Positions 1 through 11,039 of a stretch of DNA of 64,000 nt are shown piece by piece. The position numbers were made by a program, and so were the translations under genes. Below the pieces are notes generated by a model. That model did not search any database, was not told the origin of the DNA, and saw only the letters and a program-made list of their open reading frames with translations. The stretch lies in assembly GCA_001949185.1 (NCBI GenBank), contig BDGG01000007.1:2190730-2254729 (forward strand), given 5' to 3'. The stretch's first letter is position 1. Each line of letters starts with the position of its first letter. This stretch comes from Ramazzottius varieornatus. Lineage: Eukaryota > Animalia > Tardigrada.

Positions 1-585
1 ATCACATCATCACAAGCATCTCTAAATCATTGTGAAGGTCGACAGCAAAACGGTGTAGATCCGTGCTGCGAAACAGACAGATAATCTCATTACCGGCTCT
101 TCGCATCCAAAGTTATGGTGACTGCTCAGCGAATATTGGGCGGCATTACTTTATGTCTATCTTTATGTAAAGTGGCTTGGTGGGCAGTCTGTATCGCTGC
201 CTCTCTTCTCGCTTTCCTTTTCAATAAACAAAAGTATTGGCGGTGTCAAAAGTGGTACCATCATTGAAATAATAGTATATTGGCCTAGTCTTTTGGTTCT
301 TTGCCTTTTGACTGTGATGGCCATCAGTATCGGCTCAAGTGAGTGCTCCACTTTTCATTTCTTCTTTTGTCGAAGCTTGGCGACGTTCATCAGCGCGCTG
401 TTTGCTGCAAAGTACAAGACCTCAACCAAGCTTTCTCACGTTCCGCGCCTGACGTTGGCCACCGAATAAACGCGGCCAGTAATTATCCGTCTCGGACAGT
501 GTGTGTGTGAGCCTCACTGAGCGAGGCACGACAGGGTGTTTGATATCGAGCCGTCTGCCACCTCGCTAGCCACAGCACTTCAACC

Positions 586-3500
586 ATGGGAATATCATCT
601 GGACTGCTACCCACCGCCATTCTCGCCACTGCTATTATGTTATCCACCTGCGAAGCACGAGGTACGCGCAGACCAATGCCATCTTTTTCATCAGAACATA
701 ACATGGCTTAGAAGCGGGAACCAGCCCGCTTCCACCTGCGCGGTATCGCATTCAGTAAATTGCATGCCAGATGACTTGCGATTGCTTTCGTAAATCTTTC
801 TCTAGCTCTATGGGATGTTTGAAATAGATGTCGGCTAGTCGTCCCACTGGAGATTTGACCGTCGTTGTGGTTGCAGGTGCGTGGTCGCCGTTGAGGTTTT
901 ACGGAGTTTACAATGCGCCACTCAGTCCTTCACTGACAGCCGGGATAGAGCTAGAGCGTAGTATCGAGCCCAGTACGCCTCAAAATCGAGCCAGACCATT
1001 CCCTTTCATTGCGCCGGCCGAGATGGAGACTCTCAACCCAGAGGAACCCGCAACATTTAGCTCCATTGCGGACCTGGAAGACGGGCTTCGCGCTTCTCTC
1101 CGCCTAAATGTTAACCGACAGGCTATTCAACGGACAGGCGTTACATGCGGAGTACCCGGCTCGGGCAAGGTTGACCCTTTTGAACTGGGTCCCAAATTCT
1201 TTCTACCTCCGCAAACGTCGCGGTCAATTAGAAGGAGAAAACTTTTGCTGAAAAAGCAGAGGATGCAAGACATGAACATGACCACGCGAGCCATTGGAGG
1301 TCGATCGTTGGAGGACCAACGCTTTATGACACCAGTGGCGTCATCTCTCAGATCCGCAGTTTCTCCACTGTGGTTGTCGAGGCCGAGACGTGGGGCTAAT
1401 CTACAGAAGGGCGAACTGGCCAAGCAAAACGAATTGTGTTGGCAGGTAAATTTCTCTTGGACTATCCTTTGCAAACAAGCCTCGCATTTCTCGTACTATT
1501 GCCATCTTTTTCCAAACTTTCTTTTTGTAGTGAGTTTTCTTGATACTTGGTAATAGCGTTGTGACTGATCTACTGACGTTTTGGATTACAAAACGCCAGT
1601 AGGATGCTTTACACAGATGTACGTTGTGTACTTCAACAGACGTACTAAAGCTCATCTGCATTGTTTAATTGGAAAATTTCACTCTGCAGCGGTTCCTTTT
1701 TGTAGGTCAAGATTGTCGTCGACCTCGGGAACGGCACATTAAAAGTCTGCGGAGGATCAATTGTTGGTTCGAGAACGATACTGACGGCGGCGCACTGTGT
1801 AATGAACAAGTACGTTTATCATTTTCTTACTTCACCATGACTCAATCATCCATCATTACAAACTGGCTACTCATCAAGCAGCATTCGATATATCTGAACC
1901 AACGAATGTTACCGATTTGTGGCAAATATATTTGAATGCATATGACCGATAGGCGTCCTGCAGACGAAGAAACTATCTTGATAGCTGAACAAACGAACAG
2001 CAAATGGATGTTTCTTCGACTTTAGGTCTGTCGGAGGAGCAGCAACATGTTAACACTCTCAGCACGATCGTTTTCATGTTTGCAGAATACTACCGTCCTC
2101 TTTGTATTAGTGATGTTCTAATATGGGTTAATGAGATCTAATATAATAAAAACAAATATCCGCCGTCCATCAAAGTTCTAATAAGTGACCACCACTATAG
2201 TAAAACGTCTACCTGATTTAATAAAATATTACTATAGTAGAACTTTCGGGGGTTTGTTATTAAAATATATTTTAATATCGGAGAGCTCGACGGAAGATCT
2301 AAAGATTCAGAATCACAACCATCAGATCAGTAAAAATACTGTAGTACAGCCTGCACCCTGCACCTGCACACTGTAACATGGCCGATTGAAGTGTCAGACT
2401 GTATGCAGGTGCACGATGTTCAAGGGTATTTATTCTGCAGTAGCCCTACTGTACTGCTGTAGAGGCATCATTATGGTGTGGCGCACTTTATAAGGCGTGG
2501 TCGCACATCGAGAAACCAACGCACGCGCATCAGAACTCAGCAAATCAACCAGTTTTTCGAATCAGCGGTAGCGTTAACCCGTATTAGAATTTATTTTACT
2601 ATGGATGATGGGCAACTTAATAATAATAAAATATGGCACTTCCGGTTTCAAGCTACTAAAATATAAATATTGGAATGCGGTGCCCAATTCTGTTTACTAA
2701 ATATTACTAAATATAGTAGATGCTCAAAACATCTACTATCATCTACTTTAATATAATATTACTATATTAGAACATCACTACTCTGTATATACAGGAATCT
2801 TATTGGCTGGTACTGTGTTGCGGAGGCTGATCCAACCAATAGGCAATTTTCGAAATTTCAAAAATCGGATAATTGCCAGGCCATGAACGCCAAATCTCGA
2901 AAGGGAGAACTGGTCATCTTGATTTTCTTCTGACCGCACTGATGACTACAAAATTTATTCCAGGCCCGGTTTCGATAGATAAGACTGTCCCCAGTGCTCC
3001 AGTTTTTTTCTAAGCGAATACTGTGCACGTGTCTCGCGCGAGAGACGAAAATTTCCCCAAATTTCACCAAAACCACCCGAAACCGTAGAAAAAATTTCCA
3101 GCGTGCTGGGGTTTTGCTGACCGCTGGTCATTAGTGTTCCCTTGGTGAGAAGACCGAGGTACATGCAAACAAAAAGACCCAGACCCGAAAGACCAAAAGC
3201 TAAAACTGGGAGGTGAATAAAACTGAGTGATTGTATACACAAAGAGGACGGTCGTACGCAGAGTGTTAAGCTGATGGCCATTAACGACTTGCTCTCCTTC
3301 CTTTTCCAGAAACAATGAACGTACGTTCCATGTGCCGACAGTGACGGTGCAAGTTGGCGAAGATTCGTTGGACGGCGGTCAGCGGGGATGCTCCGAGATC
3401 TTCCCGGTAGATCTGATCGTTCCCCACCCATCGTACGACATCGTACTGCAAAATAACGACATTGCACTGGTGGTGCTGGCCAAGGAGATTGACTTTGAGA

Positions 3501-4091
3501 GGAAACCATGTGCCTGTAAACTTTGCATCAAGGACAAAGAGCCGCGAGCGGGTAGCGTTTGCCTTGTGGCCGGCTACGGCCAAACTAGCAGAGATAACGG
3601 TAAGTCCGGACCATTCAAGCCTCGTTTAACTGGTCGTGGCGCCACCCTCGCGGTCGGTGTCGTACAGTAGTTGCTCCTCACTTTGAGCCAAGACCTTTGC
3701 TTTGAGTCTTTGACTTGCAGAAGGGGAGGAGAAGGCATCGTTAAAGTGGTTCAAACAACGAGTTCTTCGGCAAGCCTTTGACAGCAAGTGCGCTTTTCAC
3801 GTCAAGTCCAGTGAGAATACGGACCTCGCCAACTTTATCTGCGCCGGCGACGTGGATACCGACAGCAGCTGTCAGGGTGATGAAGGTGGGCCGTTTGTCT
3901 GCTTCGACGAGTCCAGCGATAGCCACTACGCTGCCGGCATCATTTCCTTCAGCGCCGGCTGTGGCAAGCATATTGGTAGTCAGTATACCAAAGTACGAAA
4001 CTATCTGGACTGGATAGAAAATAACAGTTCCTGGAGGACGGTGGCCATACAACGAGGATGGAATAGAGAGATTGCCAGGGAAAAGTGGTAG
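586..4091 (+). CDS. Secreted trypsin-family serine protease homolog (catalytic Ser replaced by Glu), ~469 aa
   Basis: Exons 586-661, 877-1445, 1706-1809, 3310-3599, 3721-4091, all GT-AG and in phase. Signal peptide MGISSGLLPTAILATAIMLSTCEA; motifs CWQV, CGGSIV, LTAAHC, NDIAL, C-x-VAGYG, and CQGDEGGP in place of GDSGGP. Confidence 0.9.
2108..2780. mobile_element. hAT-like MITE in intron 3 of the protease homolog
   Basis: Perfect 17-bp TIRs TAGTGATGTTCTAATAT (2108-2124 / 2764-2780); 8-bp TSD CTTTGTAT / CTCTGTAT (7/8); AT-rich, no ORF. Confidence 0.8.
2915..3225. repeat. Diverged dispersed repeat, second copy at ~51190-51500
   Basis: Colinear similarity by eye, e.g. CCAAAACCACCCGAAACCGTA vs CCAAAACTGCCCGAAATCGTA and CTGACCGCTGGTCAT vs CTGACTAGTGGTCAT. 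Boundaries approximate. Confidence 0.55.
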
Positions 4092-4737
4092 GCTCAGAGC
4101 AAGAAATGGCGTCCATGTGCACAGACAGTATTCCTTGTGATTGTGCTAAAATTACCTTGATGTCTCCCAAGATGATATGCCTTGCACCTCGCAATAGTTA
4201 CTCCCAGGGGTCAATAGAACCTTTTTGAAGTGCGGCTCCGGCCATCTTACCACTCCCAAAATTAGCTCTGTCCGATAAATATTATATGGTTGATTGCTCT
4301 ATTTCCCTTCCTATATCATGTTGTACTCAGTCTTGGTTTACTTTTTCAGACAAATGAAGTACTACGTGCGTCGAGTATTTTGCTACCGGTTAAAACATCT
4401 TAGACCATGTATTTAGTCGGCAAAAAGATCTGACGAAATGATGGACTTTGTCCATATTACTCAACTAGCGAACACGGAAAACGCTGGTCTTAAGAAGAAC
4501 TTCACTCTTCATTACCCGAACAAACGATATCGCACATAAGAAATCAGCAGTCAAGTTGAGTCCTTTTCCCACAAGTACAGTGTGTCAACGGGTGCTGAAA
4601 GTCAGCTCTGTTAACGTTTATGGATGAAAAGGCGGTGCTGCCTGTTTGAAAAAGCCCACAGTCTTATCCATTACTCTTTGTGTGACATTACTTATTGAGG
4701 GTGACCAGAGACATCTCCGGCAAAAACATATTGAAAA

Positions 4738-5790
4738 ATGACATCATATCATCGATATTCCGCGCTTATCACGTTATTTCTCGTTTCCATTGGGGTAAGC
4801 TGAATCCATCAAGAATGCTTTTCAAATCATGCATTTTCTGTGCTTCTTGTTGGAGAAATAATGGCTTGTGCTGATGTCTAGATAAGTTGGTGTAAAGGAG
4901 TGTATAGCCAGTATAGGGCTAATCATGACATGCATGTGTACGTGGTGGAATTGCAGCAGCGCCAGGAGGTGGCGACCCAAGAGGCCCAAGCCCACACTCC
5001 TGGAGAGCATGACTTTATCCGAGTAGAAGTCGAGCTGGTACAACTCCTCAACCCCGAAGGATTACTGGCTAACGGTCAGAAGTGCGACAACTCGGGCCAG
5101 TGCGATCCAAGAATCACCGTTCACCTCGACACGTGAGTGTGCTTTTTGTGCATCATGTGGCGGTCAATGCTTTGTCAGCCCCGATACACCTTTATTTGGC
5201 CCATTGTTCTACGGTTATTTTGCGACGTTCTTGCAGGGACCGACCTCTGACAGTATGGCCTGGCGCTAAGCCCTTGGAAGAATTTCAAGACTTCTTCTCG
5301 GCCTCCAACCAGAATTCTCCTATCATCAACAAGAACGTCAGCCGCAATATCTGTGGAGGATCGGTCAATGTCAGTACAACCCTAGGAAATTCCTTTGGCC
5401 AGCCTATTGCCATATTGAGACTTTGCTTTCTTCTTTATTTACTAGAAAGTGAATTTGCGCGCGCATGTGGTGGACTCGGATGTGCTGTCGTCAGGTGGCG
5501 TCATCGACGACTTTGAATGCATCTTTGAAGCAGACTACGGTAAGGTGGCTTCGTCGCCATCCTCGGCAGAGTGGTCAGCCACGCGAGACTGTAGACCGCG
5601 ACTTCAGAACAACCAAGCCAGGTCTGCTCTACTTTCTTCAACCGCTGTATTCTCCGCATAAGCATGACCGTCTGGACACTGATCAAGAGCCTTGCTTTTT
5701 GACAGACTGCAATTCCGCTACCGTCTAGTGGATATTGCCAGATCGGACTGCGGAGTCATGGGGGCCATGCAAACTCAAATCCGATCGTAA
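4738..5790 (+). CDS. AMNP-family secreted C2-like domain protein (subtype A), ~208 aa; all four putative Mn-binding Asp retained
   Basis: Exons 4738-4794, 4957-5132, 5237-5369, 5446-5621, 5706-5790. Signal peptide, then HDFIRVEVELVQLLNPEGLLANGQKCDNSGQCDPRITVHLD...WPG...NSP...CGG...VNLRAHVVDSD...C...W...C...RLQFRYRL...C. Six Cys align with 11040-12174. Confidence 0.85.
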
Positions 5791-6246
5791 CCTACCAGCA
5801 ACCTTCACAAAGTCCCAAAACCTTTTCCCTCTTACTCTTATGTCCCTGTGTATCTGTGCCCAATAACCGAAAGTTACAGTATCAAGATGTACGTAGCAGA
5901 GACAAGTGGCTTTTGTAAGAAGAGCCACCTGTTAATATCGGTTTTGACCAAGGACAAAGGCTGTTGTGCTGTGCCGCTCTTGAACTGTGAATAATCCTCC
6001 CCGCGGCACAAGGCTTCTTACAGGGCGCAAAGTCTCGTACTTTGACTTTCTGCTCGAGCAAAATCTTCTGCTACCGCTGTCTGCTAACCATAGAACCAAG
6101 ATGGGGTGGCTCAAGCCAACTGCAAACATGGCCAGACAATTTCACTTTCGTCCTTCCATTACTACACTGGAACATTGGTTAACTAATTCATTTGTACTCT
6201 ACGTACAGCGTGGACAATTCTTGCAGGCAATTTACGCTTCGGGTGG

Positions 6247-7748
6247 ATGGCTATTCTTGAAACTTCCAGAGCATGTATTTTAGTGCTTATTCTATCATGT
6301 TGGACGGAAGTTGGAGCATACTACAGGAATTACATATGTTACGGTCAGTATTAGGCAACTTGAAGATTTGCCTCACTTTCAAGCGGTATGCGGAAATTCA
6401 AGTGGCGCATCTGTCACAGGAACTGGGGACTGCATTATTACGTATCACACTGGCGGGATGGTAGATGATCAGCACAGATGGGCCGTTGAATGTCATGATG
6501 GCGAAGCCATGATAGGATTTCTACAACAGACCGATAGTATGAGAAAGAGGACCAAACTGGTTAGAAAAAGCAACGGCCTAAGCTTTGCTCTTTGCAGCTT
6601 TGTGGTGCAAGTTTATGTTTCCAAAGAAGAAGCCTACTTTCGGAATTTACCCCTACTACGACTACTGTAACGTCAGGTAGGCTACGATATACATGGACCG
6701 ACCTCTTCCTTCACTTCTTCCCCCACCTCACATTAATAGCCAACTAGTGATAATGTCACCGCCGATTTCAGAAACTTGGCACCTACCTACAAGGAGTTTT
6801 ATTGTTACGATAAGTATTATCCATCTGATAGCTACGACACCTTCGTTACAGGTATAGCCTTCCGTATGCAGTGAGTGGACCGACTTTCTTGCCAAGTTTT
6901 CCAGCCACGATCTTCCAGGCAACTTCTCCTGGTTTCAGGTATTTCAAAGGATCAACCGAGTTCGCCGGGACACATGATGAAATGCTGTACGTTTACAACA
7001 AAGATGTCTGTGTTTTGAAGACCTTTTGTTTGGATTTGAGGAGACTTCTCTTTGACAGGTAAACTGCCATACGGATACCACTTGGATTACTCGCGATGCG
7101 AGTACAAATATAACCATGACAAGTAACTTAACTTGCTGAGCGAATAGCCTGTTACTGCCAATGGGCCGACCAGATGACAAACGTTTGGGCCTCGCAGATT
7201 TGGGGAGATGTATGATGAACATAACATGTGGGTTACCAAGTGCGACCGCGACTTTGTGCTAACGGGTAAGTACCTATGTTGTCGAGGTCGAGGCTATTGA
7301 ATATTCCCAGGGACATTGATCATTTGACTGAAGCAACTATCTGTCTGTCAACACCAGGCATTGGCCGAGCCATCAATCCTTGGCGTGGAATAGCAGATTA
7401 TGACTACGTCTGGGCGCAGGTAGGACCTATATGTCACTACCCTCTTGACCAAACAATTGAAGCAGCAAGTACCACTCCACCCCGCCTGATACGCCTTACT
7501 CGAAAAGATGTCTTCCTTATGTAGAAGAAAAAAGTGTTGGGATTGGTACTTTGAATACAGTGGATATAGCTAGAGCGCTAATTGCTGCGGAGAAATGAGC
7601 ACTGATATGTTTGTTGATATTTTTGCAGTGCTGCCCTCTGTTTTACGATCCGGCCTATGTGTCGCTGTTTGCCGGACCTGTGGCAGCTTCAAGCAAGGTG
7701 ACGTCAGCCAACAGTACAGCCACAGCAGCGCATCGTCCAAAAGGCTGA
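6247..7748 (+). CDS. Secreted Cys/Tyr-rich protein with three internal repeats, dermatopontin/amoebocyte-aggregation-factor-like, ~244 aa
   Basis: Exons 6247-6343, 6420-6536, 6598-6676, 6772-6851, 6939-6986, 7059-7122, 7198-7265, 7358-7419, 7629-7748 join in phase. Signal peptide MAILETSRACILVLILSCWTEVGA. Repeats WAVECHDGEAMIG..LWCK / EFYC..FVTG..MKCCK / WVTKCDRDFVLTG..AQCCP. Family call is by motif resemblance only. Confidence 0.7.
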
Positions 7749-8200
7749 AATTCCTCCTGCACCTGTCTGCAGCGGTCTGCCAACAAAGATGGTTTAGGAA
7801 GATATACGCTCTCTGTTCCCTAAGGCTAGTCCGCTTTAGCGCCTTGATATCATCTGGCCCAAGACTGAAATTTGCTTTTTGTTTTGTAGAAAAGATGCTT
7901 GCTTGGTATAAGGTAAATAGTGCAGCGTTGACTCACCGCCTTTGTACTTGATGACGTGAAACCATAGCCGCCTTCTCCAAGAAAATGGCAGCCAAACAAC
8001 TTGACTTTCCTGATTGTTGCTACTGATCGTCTTGCGCATTTTTCTCCTCGCCCATTTGCCTGCCTTTATTTGTCAAGTGGTAAACAATTTCTGACGGCAG
8101 TATATCACCGCTGTCAGTCGGGTCGAGGTTTTATTCTCTGCACTGTCTGGCACATCCTCCTTGCCTGCTTTCATCGTCCATTTTCCTTTCTGCTGTGACA

Positions 8201-10265
8201 ATGAAGCTGCTGGCTTTCCTCCTTCTTCCCTCTTTGATCTCTGCTCGTCGGGAAAGCGGTAGCAGTTTGGGCTTCGACAGGGACACGCCTCGTCGAGGAT
8301 CTGACCGTCAACGGGACAGCGCCGACTCTTCCTCCACCTTGGATCTTCCTCAGTTCGTTCGTGTGGAGATCGAGATTCAGCGTCTTGAGAATCCCGGCGC
8401 TGTCTTGGCCACTGGTAAAGCCTGCAAATTTTTCAGCGGAGCCTGTGATCCCAGCATTTCCGCCTTCCTGGACTCGTAAGTCAAGACGTGTCCTGGCACA
8501 TTTGTAACAGGGGCTGTGCAGCCTCGGCCAATGGATCAACCCAGGCCTCTCCAAGTGGCGCACTTTCTCCGCCAAGGACACTAATAGCGCGCGCGCCACT
8601 TGAAATGCCAATGTGGGAGAGAACAGTTCGCCTTGATGATTGATTGGCTTGTTTCTCCTTTACAGCAATAGCCCGCTGTCCCCCTTCCCGGGTGCTGCGC
8701 TGCCCGTTGAGCAATGGCCCAAGATTTTCTCCCAGTCCAATACCAATTCACCCACCATCGGCAAGTCGGTCAACAAGGATATCTGCGGTGGAGCCTTGGA
8801 CGTAAGCCCCCCTCATTCCGTAACTTCCTGGTTCAGGACCTCAAGTCCTACTTTGTAGACAAGCAATCAACCATGTTGTTTATCATTGTGCAGAAAGTCA
8901 ACCTTCGAGTGCATGCTGTGGACTCCAACACTCTTCTCAGCGATTCCCTCTTGGCCAACTTTGACTGTCCATTCTCCATCAATGCCCGGGATATCGCCAA
9001 GGATGCCAACACGGCCACTTGGGGAGAATCCACAGAATGCAGAAACACCAACCCTAACAGCAAGATCAGGTAAATTTAATACCACTGACGCCAGGGAGCT
9101 TTAGCCCATGTTTCTGATTGATTACCTGATTGACCAGATTTTATTCGTTAAACATGGAGGACAGACAAGCTGAGGCCGCTCGTTGTTGCAAGTGGCGCAC
9201 GTTGACAGTGTTGCTGGTTAACAGCATGCGCCACTTGGGACAACGACGTGGTGGTGTATGCTTCGTCATTTCTGATCTTTGCTTGTTTCTGCCCAGGTTA
9301 TTCGCCCGTCAGCGAGCCTACCAAATTCCCCCCAACGTCTGCCGTTCGGACAGCTCGCTGGCTCTGGACAGCGCTTCAGCTGCCGGAGGAAAGCGCGACG
9401 GCCAACACGACTTTATCCGCATCGAGTTCCAGGTGATTCAGCTCCTCAACCCTCAAGGCATCACCGCTGACGGCAAGAAGTGCAGCCATGGCTTCTCCAG
9501 CACCTGCAACCCCAAGATCACCGTCCTTCTCGATACGTAAGTCTCGCTCTCACACACTCACGCTTCCGTGTCGTTGCAGCTTCAAGGAAATTCCTCTAAC
9601 GAGTGTTTGTCCTACGTTGCAGTGAGAAGCCACTGGCTGCCTGGCCAGGAGCCAAGACCGTTCCCAACTATGACTTACTGTCTGCCGATTCCGGAACCAA
9701 CTCACCAGTCATCAACAAGAACGTCGGCAAGAACGTTTGTGGTGGATCTGTCCGAGTAAGTCCCAACCATAATCAGACCAGCAAGTTCTTTCCAAGCCAG
9801 GTTCCTCCTTTGACGCCCTGGTTGATGCTGTTGGCTGAAAGCGTACGCCAGCTGGGACAAAGAGCTGCTTGAGCTTGTTTGTCGCATATCCATTTTGAAA
9901 GTTGACTGGTTTGATGAAGTACTTGGTTGGACCACCTGCTGCTTTGATGACGTTGTTCTTTTGCCTGTGCGTTGCAGCAAGTGAACCTTCGAGCCCACGT
10001 TGTGGACGTTGGAACCATCAGCAGTGAGAAGTTGATTGGCGACTTTCACTGTCTTTTCACGGTGGACTATCGACAGGTGGCCGCGTCGCAGTCTTCGTCT
10101 GACTGGTCGGGCACCCAAGACTGCCAGAACCTACAGCCCAACAACGATATCCGCCTGCAGTATCGCTTCCGCGTTTTCGACATCACACCAGCCCAGTGCG
10201 GCATCGGTACCACTACCCCAGCTTCCTCCTTCCTCGGTAGCATTTCAAACATTTTCGGTGGATAA
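8201..10265 (+). CDS. Two-domain AMNP-family secreted protein, ~415 aa, degenerate metal sites
   Basis: Exons 8201-8475, 8666-8801, 8894-9069, 9297-9536, 9623-9755, 9978-10265. Signal peptide MKLLAFLLLPSLISA; two complete six-Cys domains joined by a linker ending GGKR. Confidence 0.88.
9189..9237. repeat. Representative copy of the ~49-bp palindrome family CAAGTGGCGCAC-N25-GTGCGCCACTTG
   Basis: Other copies at 8552-8602, 16592-16640, 19166-19213, 27067-27116, 28003-28051, 46009-46057, 53069-53117, 54635-54683, 55284-55331. Confidence 0.8.
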
Positions 10266-11039
10266 GCTTTGGAGCAGACTTGTTTGCCAAGTGATGTAAT
10301 CGCTCTCCATTTCATGCCTATGTCAAATGCCTTTTGTGATTGATGGGCTTTACCTTTGTTGTACTGTCAGTCTTACCCAGTTTAAATTCTGTCGTCTCAA
10401 GTTGACTTACGGCACACCTTTCGGTTCAGTCTTCTTTAGAAACGATGTCCAAGTATTTGTCTTTTGATGAGTAAAAAATAGTACAATGAATGAGTACGGA
10501 GGCAGTATGGGCAATAACTGCAGCGTTGGCATCTTTCCACAGTATGAGCAATTTGGGCTAGGGCCGGCTTCGGAAGCGCCACCTTCATTGATTTCTCCCA
10601 GCCCATACTCAGATTACTTGGGACAACCACCAATTTCTCCAAGGCTCTTCATATGCCTCTTGACCAAACAGCAACATGCCGCATTTTCGACAGCGGAATA
10701 ATGTGCAGCGCAAGTCGACATGCCTTGCCAGTTTACCAACGCGTTGCTTCCAGATTGCAGATGCAGGATGTTCTGCCGCCGAAGTACGTCAAAACCACCA
10801 AGCAACGAGAAATGGCTGGTGAGCTTCTCCGAAGACCAGTTCTAGTTTCCTGCAGTTGTTTCAGGCGGTATAGTGTTGAACAACAAACCGGTTATTCTAT
10901 GTAACAGATCAGTAAGACAAAAAAACTTCCGCTATCATTATAAAAAGGAAGTCGATGTCTCAGATGGTACTTCAGCTATTCAAGAAGCAGCATTCGACAT
11001 CTAGCGGCATAATCAACTGTTTTTAATCTGATCCTCAAC

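Noticed and set aside
10486-10904. Two short ORFs between AMNP genes
   Set aside because: No recognisable motif and no consistent splice model.
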